Positions 1 through 9,308 of a DNA stretch of 64,000 nt are shown one piece after another. Source of the DNA: Oceanispirochaeta sp. (GTDB lineage Bacteria; Spirochaetota; Spirochaetia; DSM-2461); contig CAXXOA010000001.1 in NCBI GenBank assembly GCA_963666275.2, positions 768,001 to 832,000 on the forward strand, read 5' to 3'. The position numbers were made by a program, and so were the translations under genes. The stretch's first letter is position 1, and each line of letters starts with the position of its first letter. The notes beneath the pieces are model-generated. The model saw nothing but the letters and a program-made list of their open reading frames with translations, was not told where the DNA came from and made no database searches.

Positions 1-780
1 AGAACCATTGAATATTTCCATATATACCGCATAGGGGAGGTTGTAGGAACGCGTTCCCGGACCACCGGCTGTTGTCACCAGGATCAAACCGATCTCTTTG
101 ACGATAAAAATGAGACCCAGCATAATCGCAACCATCATATGCTGGGAAATCATAGGGAGCTTGATTTCAAATGTCGCTCTGAACCAGTTTGCCCCGTCCA
201 CTTTCATACTGTCTTCCACATCCTGGGGAATGCCCTGGAGGCCTGCCAGGATGATCAGGACGAAAAACGGGATCCACTGCCAGGAAAAGAGGAATATTAT
301 GACCGACAGGGGCCTATAGCTGAGCAGGTCTATCGGATTGAGTCCGAGATTTTTGAATATCACCCCATACCACCCGAAGGAGGTATTCAGAATGGTTGTT
401 TTCCAGATAACACCGCTGGCTGTGGACATAACAAAAAAAGGCCCCATTATAAGGGTCCTGGCGATGTTTATACCCGGAACAGAATGATCCAGCAGAATAG
501 AAAAGAGGAATCCCATCACGGAACATATGAGAAGAGTTGCAAGAGTCAATACTATTGTCTGTCCTAGAATCGTATAGAATTCGGGGAGGCTTGAGAAATC
601 GTCTATTTTCAGGAAATAGGTGTAGTTTTTCAGGCCGTTGAATGTAATACCAAGGTCGGGCCTGGTCAGGTTCCATTTCAGCGTTGAATAAATCAGGGTC
701 AGAAGAAACGGAATCTGTGTCATGACAGCCACAACAATTACAGCAGGTAAGAGAAATAGCCAGTCTTTTTCCTTTTTCAT
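1..780 (-). CDS. Carbohydrate ABC transporter permease (CUT1), runs off left edge
   Basis: Manual translation from ATG 780: MKKEKDWLFLLPAVIVVAVMTQIPF...WQWIPFFVLIILAGLQGIPQDVEDSMKVDGA (EAA-like loop)...VTTAGGPG; lies downstream of the SBP gene. Confidence 0.9.
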   Translation of the reverse strand, partial: MKKEKDWLFLLPAVIVVAVMTQIPFLLTLIYSTLKWNLTRPDLGITFNGLKNYTYFLKIDDFSSLPEFYTILGQTIVLTLATLLICSVMGFLFSILLDHSVPGINIARTLIMGPFFVMSTASGVIWKTTILNTSFGWYGVIFKNLGLNPIDLLSYRPLSVIIFLFSWQWIPFFVLIILAGLQGIPQDVEDSMKVDGANWFRATFEIKLPMISQHMMVAIMLGLIFIVKEIGLILVTTAGGPGTRSYNLPYAVYMEIFNGS

Positions 781-868
781 TGGGAATTCCTTAAATAACT
801 GTGGTTCTTTTAATAATTATAATGCCATATGGGATAGTGTCAAAACAAAAAATAATTACTGATTTTTT

Positions 869-898
869 AAAAACCCGAACCGCCGCAGCGGTCCGGGT
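869..898 (-). terminator. Intercistronic stem-loop after SBP gene
   Basis: Minus strand acccggaccgc-tgcg-gcggttcgggt followed by tttt. Confidence 0.6.
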
Positions 899-930
899 CA
901 ATTTATTGTCTGTTGAATAAGATGCGGTTA

Positions 931-2313
931 TTACCTGTAACCACCGTCAATTGCTACCTGGTTGAAGACATCCTGAGTTTTCTTGATGGCTTCATCAAGA
1001 GAGATCTTGTCTACCACATAGTCAGCCAGATACTGGGTCATCTTTGTTCCCGCATCGGCAAACTCGGGTATGGCAATATACTGAAGTCCTACATAGGGAA
1101 CAGGATCCATAGTGGGTTTGGTGAAATCGGTAGATTCCAGAGTTTTCAGGGTCATTTCTGCATAGGGAGCAGATTTGTACGCTGCCAGTTCATAGGTTGA
1201 TGAGCGGGAAGCCGGAGGTGTCAGAGCACCGGAGGGATCCAGTTCAGTTGTCATTTTGATGTAATCCTTGCTGGTCGCCCAGAGCATGAAATCAAATGCA
1301 GCCTGTTTTTTCGCATCAGTTGTATTGGGGTTGATACCCATGGCCCAGTTCCACAGCCATGCTGTATTGGTTTTCATCTTCTGATGAGGAGGCATGACAT
1401 ATCCCATCTTTCCCTGTACAGCGGAGCCGTCAGATTCAAGAGGAGGTGCAATGGAGGTTGCATCATAGTAGATTCCGCATTTTCCGGACTGCATCAGAGC
1501 TATACATTCATTGTATGTATAGGAAAGGATGTCTTCCTGTCCGGCTTCTTTCAGGATCTTTTTATACATCTGCCAGGCCGCTCTCTGTTCGGGAGTATCG
1601 ATTGTGGCATTCCAATTCATATCGTAGAATCTTCCGCCGAAGGCATTTACGATCGTTACAAAGGGAGCACCGCTCATACCCCAGCCGGGAGCACCGCGCA
1701 TAGTCATACCGACGATTCCGTTTGCCGGATCATGGATGGCTTTTGCCAGTTCGTAGATCTCGTCCCAGGTGGGTTCGTCGGGCATTGTCAGGCCTTTCTG
1801 TTCAAAGAGCTCTTTGTTGTACATGATAAAGGAACTTTCACCGTAGAAGGGAAGAGCATAGGAATCACCATTAAGGGAGAGGGATCCGACCATACCCTGA
1901 ATAAGATCGTCTCTGTCATACCAGGATGCCTGGGAGGAGCTCATCTTATCAAAATAGGGTTCCAGATTTTCCAGCCAGCCGAATTTGGCCCAGTTGGTTG
2001 CCTCATAAGGTCCTATAACAAAGATATCATAGGTATCACCACCGGTTGATGCTTCAGTGGTCAGTTTCTGTCTCAGGTCGTTTTCGGGAAGTACAGCAAT
2101 CTGTACCTGAACGCCTTCAGCAGAGTAGTTGTCTCTTGCAATTCTTTCAAGAGCCTGATTGATCGGGTTGTTGGGAAGAGCTATATTGACTATAGTCGTA
2201 CCGCTTCCACCGCCTGACGGTGCAGCTTCCTCCTGCTGACCGCCCGCAAACGCCATTGATCCTGCCATGAACAGACATAACAGAACAGCCACTGCCTTAC
2301 GATTCTTTTTCAT
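931..2313 (-). CDS. Sugar/polyol ABC substrate-binding protein (SmoE/MtlE-like)
   Basis: Signal peptide; LPENDLRQKLTTEASTGG, IGPYEA, ALPFYGESSF, PVPYVGLQY resemble sorbitol/mannitol SBPs; SD aggagga. Confidence 0.85.
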   Translation of the reverse strand: MKKNRKAVAVLLCLFMAGSMAFAGGQQEEAAPSGGGSGTTIVNIALPNNPINQALERIARDNYSAEGVQVQIAVLPENDLRQKLTTEASTGGDTYDIFVIGPYEATNWAKFGWLENLEPYFDKMSSSQASWYDRDDLIQGMVGSLSLNGDSYALPFYGESSFIMYNKELFEQKGLTMPDEPTWDEIYELAKAIHDPANGIVGMTMRGAPGWGMSGAPFVTIVNAFGGRFYDMNWNATIDTPEQRAAWQMYKKILKEAGQEDILSYTYNECIALMQSGKCGIYYDATSIAPPLESDGSAVQGKMGYVMPPHQKMKTNTAWLWNWAMGINPNTTDAKKQAAFDFMLWATSKDYIKMTTELDPSGALTPPASRSSTYELAAYKSAPYAEMTLKTLESTDFTKPTMDPVPYVGLQYIAIPEFADAGTKMTQYLADYVVDKISLDEAIKKTQDVFNQVAIDGGYR

Positions 2314-2407
2314 TAGAATCCTCCTTTTTGGATATACAAAATATTTGGTTTCCCAAAATATTCAGACAAGTTCACCAATCGGGGGTGATTAGTCCCCTTT
2401 AAAACAG

Positions 2408-2433
2408 GTTAATCCATTACGTAAACGATTAAC
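2408..2433. promoter_or_regulatory. Putative double LacI-type operator
   Basis: gttaatccattac-gtaaacgattaac, 26-bp imperfect palindrome just downstream of the minus-strand promoter. Confidence 0.7.
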
Positions 2434-2446
2434 ATTAGTTGGAAGA

Positions 2447-2475
2447 ATGGTAACATGGAAAAAAACAGCCGTCAA
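2447..2475 (-). promoter_or_regulatory. Sigma70-type promoter of SBP operon
   Basis: ttgacg-17-taccat on minus strand. Confidence 0.6.
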
Positions 2476-2535
2476 TGAATAATAATCTATCGATATTTTA
2501 TTAGCTACTAACGTTTTAACGGCCATATTCATCCT

Positions 2536-3570
2536 CTATTTCAGCTCTATCTGGACCTTTACCGCATTAGATCGGGGATCGGAAGCATATTCATAGGCGG
2601 CAATGCTTTCATCAAAGGGGTAAATCCTGCTGATCAGGGGGGGTACATTAATATCCCCCGAGGCAATCAGCCTGATGGCCCTGTCGTATTTATGGGCATA
2701 CCGGAAAACAGACTGAGTGCTCAATTCCTTTGCCTGCAGTCCTGTTATGCTTAACTGTCCCATTCCGTCCGCGGGAATACCAACAAGTATAATGCATCCT
2801 CCCGGAGAAGCAAATTCATGTATGTTTCTGAAAACGGCACCGCTTCCTGTGGCTTCGAATACCCTTTCAACTCCCCATCCGTCTGTTTCTTTCATAATCC
2901 GTTCCACAGGATCTTCTTTTGTGGAATCTATAGGAATAATGTTGGGAAAATGCTCCGTGATCGCCAGCTTCTCCGAATTGATATCGCTTATAAATACGCG
3001 GCTGCAGCCTCCGGCCAGAGCGGAGAGGGCTGTGAGTATGCCGATGGTTCCGCACCCGGTCACCAGGGCTGTATCTCCCGGGGATATGCCGGCTTTGTCT
3101 GCCGCCTGCAGTCCTATGGCCAGGGGTTCAACCATGGCTCCTTCTGCATAACTGACATTTTCGGGAAGTTTAAACGTATAGGCTTCCGGATGGACAACAG
3201 ATTCGCAGAGGCATCCGTGAATAGGAGGGGTCGCCCAGAATCTCACATCCGGATCCAGATTGTACATCCCCATCCTCGTCACTTTGCTGTTACCGGGAAT
3301 CCCCGGTTCCATACAGACCCGGTCTCCTTTTTTCAGATTCTTCACATTTTTACCGGTTTCTATGACTTCTCCCGAAGCTTCATGCCCCAGAACCATGGGG
3401 TCTCTGACAATATAGGGGCCGATACCACCATGCTGATAGTAGTGGACATCGCTGCCGCAAATTCCCACATTCCTGATGGCGATTCTCACGTCATCGTCTC
3501 CGCAGACACCGTAGATATCCATATCTCGGATCTGAAGTTTTTTTTGGCTTTCCAGCACCAGGGCTTTCAT
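2536..3570 (-). CDS. Zn-dependent polyol dehydrogenase (xylitol/sorbitol dehydrogenase-like, MDR)
   Basis: [45 protein letters not shown]. Confidence 0.85.
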   Translation of the reverse strand: MKALVLESQKKLQIRDMDIYGVCGDDDVRIAIRNVGICGSDVHYYQHGGIGPYIVRDPMVLGHEASGEVIETGKNVKNLKKGDRVCMEPGIPGNSKVTRMGMYNLDPDVRFWATPPIHGCLCESVVHPEAYTFKLPENVSYAEGAMVEPLAIGLQAADKAGISPGDTALVTGCGTIGILTALSALAGGCSRVFISDINSEKLAITEHFPNIIPIDSTKEDPVERIMKETDGWGVERVFEATGSGAVFRNIHEFASPGGCIILVGIPADGMGQLSITGLQAKELSTQSVFRYAHKYDRAIRLIASGDINVPPLISRIYPFDESIAAYEYASDPRSNAVKVQIELK

Positions 3571-3641
3571 ATTTCCTCCAGAGGAATAGTTTGTATAAAT
3601 TTTGATAATAATAGTATCAGACAGGTTATTGAAAGGAAAAC

Positions 3642-3667
3642 TTTAATCGATTGCGTAAACGATTAAA
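3642..3667. promoter_or_regulatory. Putative double LacI-type operator
   Basis: tttaatcgattgc-gtaaacgattaaa directly after minus-strand promoter ttgaca-17-taagat (3670-3698). Confidence 0.7.
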
Positions 3668-3782
3668 TTATCTTAAAGGTTCAGGACCGTTCTGTCAAAT
3701 AAAAAAGCAGAAAAAAGTGTTTTTTACGGATTTTCATATATTTTCTTGACGGCTCCGGTGACAGGGGTGTATTCTGTCTTCT

Positions 3783-3795
3783 GTTAATCGATTAC
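3783..3795. promoter_or_regulatory. Single operator copy (autoregulation of LacI gene)
   Basis: gttaatcgattac after ttgacg-18-tattct (3746-3775). Confidence 0.6.
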
Positions 3796-3816
3796 GTGTC
3801 CCCTGAGGAGTGTACA

Positions 3817-4842
3817 ATGGGCGCCTCAATGAAGGATGTCGCACGTCTTGCCGATGTTTCCACCGCTACCGTTTCGCATGTTATAAACAATACAAGAAAT
3901 GTGAACCCCGAAACCAGGCGGAAAGTTTTAAAAGCAATTGATGACCTGCGGTACAATGTGAATCCTGTTGCCAGAAATCTGAGAAGCGGCAGTTCCGGAA
4001 TGATCGGCTATGTGGTTTCCAATCTGGCAAACTATTTTTTTATGGATATTGCTCTGGTCATTGATGAAATACTCAGCAGTCATGGCTATCACCTTATCTA
4101 TATCAATTCCAGAGAGAGCTCTGAAAAAGAGCGGGACAACATTGAAAGTCTGATTATGCAGAATGTAGACGGTCTGATTATCGCTCCCGTCGGGGATGAC
4201 TGCGCCTATATGAACAGCATCATAGGGAATAAATGCCCCAGTGTCCTCTTTGACCGTCAGCCCCGGGGTTTTGAGAGAGATGTTGTGATGTCTTCCAATG
4301 CGGAGGGAAGCTATACAGGGACCAGCTGTCTGATCAGGAGCGGATACAGGAAAATCGGTTTTGTGGGTTCCCGGTTTGATACCACTATGCAGGAAAGGAT
4401 GGAAGGGTATCGTAAAGCTCTGCTGGAAAACAATCTGATCGCCAGTGATGAGCTTGTGAGATGGGGGGAGGGGATACCCCATTCCATGAATGAACAGAGG
4501 TACGGGGACTCCTATGAAAATGCAGAATTTCTTGTGGAAAAGTGCGGTGTTGATGCCATATTTGCCGGGAATGCCCTGGCCATGGTGGGAGTCTTCAGTT
4601 ATCTCCACGAAAAGGGATGCCGTATTCCCCGGGACTACGGGCTTGTCTCTTTCGATGATACCTTCTGGCTTACCATGTCAAATCCGGGCATTACGGCGGT
4701 GAATCAGGACAAAATACGGATAGGGCGGGAAGTGTCGGAAATCCTTCTCCGCAGAATAGAGGGGGACCGGAGGGAGTATCAGACTCTCCGGATCCCCACG
4801 AACCTTATTGAAAGGTATTCAACAAAATGCGGAAGTTCTTGA
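3817..4842 (+). CDS. LacI-family transcriptional regulator
   Basis: HTH MKDVARLADVSTATVSHVIN; start placed at ATG 3817 after SD gaggag. Confidence 0.95.
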   Translation: MGASMKDVARLADVSTATVSHVINNTRNVNPETRRKVLKAIDDLRYNVNPVARNLRSGSSGMIGYVVSNLANYFFMDIALVIDEILSSHGYHLIYINSRESSEKERDNIESLIMQNVDGLIIAPVGDDCAYMNSIIGNKCPSVLFDRQPRGFERDVVMSSNAEGSYTGTSCLIRSGYRKIGFVGSRFDTTMQERMEGYRKALLENNLIASDELVRWGEGIPHSMNEQRYGDSYENAEFLVEKCGVDAIFAGNALAMVGVFSYLHEKGCRIPRDYGLVSFDDTFWLTMSNPGITAVNQDKIRIGREVSEILLRRIEGDRREYQTLRIPTNLIERYSTKCGSS

Positions 4843-4896
4843 TAAATACCGATTTTTCAGCCTATTATGAAACTAGGTTGTCAATCCGGAAAATTC

Positions 4897-4922
4897 AGGG
4901 ATCTATTGCGTAAACGAAATCT
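4897..4922. promoter_or_regulatory. Degenerate double operator upstream of SDR operon
   Basis: agggatctattgc-gtaaacgaaatct shares core attgcgtaaacga with the 3642 site. Confidence 0.5.
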
Positions 4923-4942
4923 GAAATTGCAAAGGATTGTAT

Positions 4943-5701
4943 ATGGGAACCTTAAGATTAGAAAAGAAAACCGCTTACGTGACAGGCGGAGCCAGAGGAA
5001 TCGGTAAAGCTGTCGCGCTGGGTCTGGCCGAAAACGGGGCAGATGTGGCTATTGTCGATATCGACATGGAAGCAGCCGCCTCCGTTGTCAGTGAAATAGA
5101 AAGCATGGGAAGACGTTCCATGGCTGTTTCCTGCGATGTTACCGATCCTGCCGATGTGGCTGCCATGGTAGATAAAATCGTATCTGCCTGGGGCAGACTG
5201 GATATCGCCTTCAACAATGCGGGTATCTGTATCAATATTGATGCTCAGGAGATGACTTTTGAACAGTGGAAAAAAGTCATTGATATCAATCTGACAGGAG
5301 TCTTCCTCACTTCCCAGGCTGCGGGAAAGGTCATGATAAAACAGAAAGGCGGTGTGATTATCAATACCGCTTCCATGTCGGGCCATATTGTAAATGTTCC
5401 CCAGCCCCAGTGTGCCTATAATGCCTCGAAAGCCGGGGTAATCCAGTTAACAAAATCACTCGCCGTGGAATGGGCTCCCTACAATGTGAGAGTCAACAGC
5501 CTCAGTCCCGGCTATATCGCCACAGAGATGACCCTGAAAGCTCCTGAAGAGTGGAAAAACCGCTGGGTAGATCTGACTCCCGCAGGCAGGATGGGCAATC
5601 CAGAAGAGCTTGTCAGTGCTATCCTCTATATGGCCGATGATTCCTCCTCCTATACAACAGGAATGGATCTGGTTGTCGACGGCGCCTTTACCTGCATGTA
5701 G
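4943..5701 (+). CDS. SDR oxidoreductase (polyol dehydrogenase/ketose reductase-like)
   Basis: TGGARGIG, NNAG, IVNVPQPQCAYNASK (YxxxK). Confidence 0.85.
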   Translation: MGTLRLEKKTAYVTGGARGIGKAVALGLAENGADVAIVDIDMEAAASVVSEIESMGRRSMAVSCDVTDPADVAAMVDKIVSAWGRLDIAFNNAGICINIDAQEMTFEQWKKVIDINLTGVFLTSQAAGKVMIKQKGGVIINTASMSGHIVNVPQPQCAYNASKAGVIQLTKSLAVEWAPYNVRVNSLSPGYIATEMTLKAPEEWKNRWVDLTPAGRMGNPEELVSAILYMADDSSSYTTGMDLVVDGAFTCM

Positions 5702-5714
5702 GAACTGAGACCTT

Positions 5715-7247
5715 ATGCCCGATTATATTCTAACCTACGACATAGGTACGACCGGAAACAAGTGTACTGTTTTCAGCACTGACGGCAGAACTCTTGCTTC
5801 CGTCACCATTCCATACGAAACGGATTATCCCAAACCGGGATGGTCCCAGCAGAACCCTGAACAGTACTGGAAAAGTGTTGTTCAGGGGACCAGGGAGCTG
5901 GTGGATTCCGTACCGGAGCTGACCGGAAATATAAGCTGTATAGGATTGAGCGGGCATATGAACGGTATGCTTCCTGTCGATCCGGAAGGAAATCCCGTTT
6001 TTCCCGAGATTATCCATTCGGATAACAGAAGCGCCTCGTTCTGTCCGCTCATTCAGGAAAGGATCGATGACTGGTCATTTTATGAAATCACAGGGAACAG
6101 GATTGATTCCCATCTTTCCCTTCCCAAGATTCTCTGGTTCAGGGATAACTGCCCGGATGAGTACAGGCGGACAAAGTGGATCCTTCAGAGTAAGGACTAT
6201 GTTGCGGGAAAGCTGACAGGGAACTGGGGCACCACCGATTATTCGGATGCCTCTCTGACCTGTGTTCTGGATCTGAAAAAAAAGGAGTGGTCTCCCCGAA
6301 TTCTGGAGGAGATGGGGCTGGAGGGGAGTAAATTCCCCCGGCCTGTCCACTCTCATGACAGGGTGGGAACTCTCCATGCTTCCGCAGCAGAGCTGCTGGG
6401 CATTGCAGGCGGAATTCCTGTCTTCGCCGGGGCCGGGGATGCCGCCTGTTCCGCAAGAGGCGCGGGAATTGCCGATTACTCTACAGCCCAGAACTATATA
6501 GGAAGCAGTTCCTGGATTTCAGTACTGGCTCCGGAGCCTCTGGCGGACAAAGGCAGGAGGATCCAGAACTTTTATGACCTTGACGGAGAGAGCATCAATG
6601 TCTGCGGTACTGTTCAGTGTGCCGGGATAGCCATAGACTGGATGATGAAGGAGCTGGCCGGTTATGAGGACGGCTCTTTTGACTACAGGAAAGTGGAAGA
6701 ACTGGCGGCTCTCTCTCCTCCCGGAGCCTCGGGAATCTTCTTTCTGCCCTATCTTATGGGCGAAAGGACTCCCCACTGGAGCTCTGACCTGAAAGGGAGT
6801 TTTCTGGGATTGACTCTCAGTCACAATAGAAATGATCTGTACAGGGCTGTCCTTGAAGGGGTGGCACTGGCTCTGAAAGATGTGATTCAGGTTTTCCATG
6901 AAAACGGTATTGTTCTGAAAGACCTTTCACTCACAGGAGGAGGGGCTCTTTCTCCCTTCTGGAACAGCATGATGAGCAGCATCTACGGATATCCCGTCAA
7001 AATCCCTGATTCGCCCAAACAGGCCACCAGCCTGGGAGCGGCCATTGCGGCAGGTGTGGGAGCAGGACTGTTTGACTCCTATGAATCGGCCGCTCAGATG
7101 GTGAGTTTCAGCAGGACAATTCAGAGTGACCCTGCTGAGAGGCGTATCTATGAACGGGTTCATCAGGTTTTTCACGGAATCTATGAGAATTATGAACCCC
7201 TTTCGTCCCGCCTCGCTTCCTATCAGAAGGAAGTGTTCGGTGAATGA
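5715..7247 (+). CDS. FGGY carbohydrate kinase (xylulokinase-like)
   Basis: DIGTTGNK, TDYSDAS, GAGD, PYLMGERTP, TGGGA. Confidence 0.9.
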   Translation: MPDYILTYDIGTTGNKCTVFSTDGRTLASVTIPYETDYPKPGWSQQNPEQYWKSVVQGTRELVDSVPELTGNISCIGLSGHMNGMLPVDPEGNPVFPEIIHSDNRSASFCPLIQERIDDWSFYEITGNRIDSHLSLPKILWFRDNCPDEYRRTKWILQSKDYVAGKLTGNWGTTDYSDASLTCVLDLKKKEWSPRILEEMGLEGSKFPRPVHSHDRVGTLHASAAELLGIAGGIPVFAGAGDAACSARGAGIADYSTAQNYIGSSSWISVLAPEPLADKGRRIQNFYDLDGESINVCGTVQCAGIAIDWMMKELAGYEDGSFDYRKVEELAALSPPGASGIFFLPYLMGERTPHWSSDLKGSFLGLTLSHNRNDLYRAVLEGVALALKDVIQVFHENGIVLKDLSLTGGGALSPFWNSMMSSIYGYPVKIPDSPKQATSLGAAIAAGVGAGLFDSYESAAQMVSFSRTIQSDPAERRIYERVHQVFHGIYENYEPLSSRLASYQKEVFGE

Positions 7248-7309
7248 TTGAGAAGGGACAATTTTTAAAAAAAATCAGTATTTAGTATTTAATATAAGGA
7301 GATTGTAAA

Positions 7310-8314
7310 ATGAAAATGAAAGCAGCTGTGATCGAGCAGAAAAATATATTGAAGACCCTGGAGGTGGATGTTCCCGAGCCCCTGGAGAATGAGGTTCTGA
7401 TCGAAGTGTATGCCAGCGGTATATGCGGTACGGACCTTCATATCTATCAGGGGGATTACAAGGGAACTTATCCCATCATTCCGGGGCATGAGTTTTCCGG
7501 TGTTGTCCGGAAGGCCGGTAGCAAAGTCCGGAATTTCAAAGAGGGAGACCGGGTCGCTGTGGAGCCCAACCTCTCCTGCGGGGTCTGTTACGACTGCCTC
7601 AATAACCGTCAGCATTTCTGTGAAAATGTTCAGGCCGTCGGGGTTACCCGTCAGGGCGGATTCGCCCAGTTTGTCTGTGCCCCGGAAGGAGCAGTATTTC
7701 CCATAGGAGATCTCAGTTTTGAAGAGGCCGCCTTTATGGAGCCACTTTCCTGTGTTCTTCACGGGGTAGAAGAGGTACAGCCCGATCTGGCGGACAAAGT
7801 CCTTCTGATTGGAGCCGGGCCCATAGGACTGCTTCTGCTGCAGAGTTTTCTTGTCAAAGGCTGTTCGGAAATTACAGTGGTGGACCGTGACAGCTCCCGT
7901 CTGGATCTGGCCAGGGAGCTGGGTGCAGCGATTGTGACCACGGATCTGCAGTCTCTGGAGAAAGAAGCCTATCATATTGTCTGCGATGCCACGGGAGTAA
8001 CCGCTGTGATAGAGCTGACGCTGGATTATGTACGACCTTCGGGAAAAATCCTCTGGTTTGCAGTTCCCCATAAAGATGCGGTGGCGCAGGTTCCTCTTTT
8101 CAGAATGTTTGAGAAGGAAATCTCTATCTATTCTTCCTATACCTCTCTGCGGAACTCCTGGCAGGCTATACACCTCCTTCAGAACAGGAGAATCCGGGTG
8201 GATAAACTGATCTCTCATAAACTGCCCCTGGAGGAGTTTGAAAAGGGACTGAAGATCATTGAAACCCATAGCGAACCGGCCATGAAGATCCTGTGCATCC
8301 CCCGGGAGTCCTGA
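7310..8314 (+). CDS. Zn-dependent dehydrogenase (MDR, sugar-alcohol type)
   Basis: GICGTDLH, GHE, CGVCYDC..C structural Zn site, GAGPIG. Confidence 0.85.
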   Translation: MKMKAAVIEQKNILKTLEVDVPEPLENEVLIEVYASGICGTDLHIYQGDYKGTYPIIPGHEFSGVVRKAGSKVRNFKEGDRVAVEPNLSCGVCYDCLNNRQHFCENVQAVGVTRQGGFAQFVCAPEGAVFPIGDLSFEEAAFMEPLSCVLHGVEEVQPDLADKVLLIGAGPIGLLLLQSFLVKGCSEITVVDRDSSRLDLARELGAAIVTTDLQSLEKEAYHIVCDATGVTAVIELTLDYVRPSGKILWFAVPHKDAVAQVPLFRMFEKEISIYSSYTSLRNSWQAIHLLQNRRIRVDKLISHKLPLEEFEKGLKIIETHSEPAMKILCIPRES

Positions 8315-8361
8315 AGGGGAATGGGATAGTTTTTTTTGTATTTGAATAGAGGAGGAATGAT

Positions 8362-9234
8362 ATGCGGCCTGTAGGAATTTATTATGCTTACTGGACTCAA
8401 CAGTGGGATGCGGATTTTTTTCCCTTTGTGAAAAAAGTGAAAGCCCTGGGGTTTGATCAGCTGGAAATCAACGGCGGCGCCCTGGTGCTTATGGCGGATG
8501 ATAAAAAGCTTGCTTTAAAAGAAGAAGCGGAAAAAGAGGGCATCCGTCTGAGCTACGGGATCGGCCTTACCCCGGATCATGATGTTTCCTCTCTGGATGA
8601 AAATATCCGGAAGAGCGGACTGGCCTTTATGAAAGACATGATCCAATCCGTGGCCTTTATGGGGGGCGGTATGATCGGCGGAACCGTACACAGCTACTGG
8701 CCCGCTGTCTCTCCTCAGGATATGGATGAGAAAAAACGGATTCTAGAGCAGAGTCTGAAAAGCATGAGGGAGCTTGTGAAACCGGCGGAGGATTCTGCTG
8801 TGGTCCTGAATGTGGAAGTGATCAACCGGTTTGAACAGTTCCTTCTCAATACCTGTGCGGAAGCCGTTGAGTATGTGAAAGAGATCGACAGCCCCTCCTG
8901 CCGGATCCTTCTGGATACTTTTCATATGAACATAGAGGAAGATTCCTTCGGCAATGCCATCAGACAGGCCGGCTCCTACCTTTCAGCCCTCCATCTGGGG
9001 GAAACCAACAGGAAACCTCCGGGAATGGGGCGAATGCCCTGGCTGGAAATCCGGAAAGCCCTGGATGACATCGAGTTTGAAGGGCCTCTTGTGATGGAGC
9101 CCTTTGTCAGGACCGGAGGCCAGGTCGGACGGGACATCGGTGTCTGGAGAGAGCTGCTGAAGGCGGATGAGCTGGATCAGGAAGCTGCCAATGCGGCCGC
9201 TTTTGTGAAGAAAACTCTGGCAGGCGTGGACTGA
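8362..9234 (+). CDS. D-psicose/D-tagatose 3-epimerase family ketose 3-epimerase
   Basis: GIYYAYW, EVINRFE, DTFHMNIEE, HLGETNR, MEPF, IGVWR: full Glu/Asp/His/Glu metal site. Confidence 0.85.
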   Translation: MRPVGIYYAYWTQQWDADFFPFVKKVKALGFDQLEINGGALVLMADDKKLALKEEAEKEGIRLSYGIGLTPDHDVSSLDENIRKSGLAFMKDMIQSVAFMGGGMIGGTVHSYWPAVSPQDMDEKKRILEQSLKSMRELVKPAEDSAVVLNVEVINRFEQFLLNTCAEAVEYVKEIDSPSCRILLDTFHMNIEEDSFGNAIRQAGSYLSALHLGETNRKPPGMGRMPWLEIRKALDDIEFEGPLVMEPFVRTGGQVGRDIGVWRELLKADELDQEAANAAAFVKKTLAGVD

Positions 9235-9237
9235 GAG

Positions 9238-9280
9238 AAATCCGGAGCTCTCTCTGTGGAGGGAAATCCGGATTTCCTTT
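9238..9280 (+). terminator. Possible terminator hairpin
   Basis: aaatccgga...tccggattt followed by cctttt. Confidence 0.4.
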
Positions 9281-9308
9281 TGAAGAAAATACGTGTACAA
9301 TCCCCATT

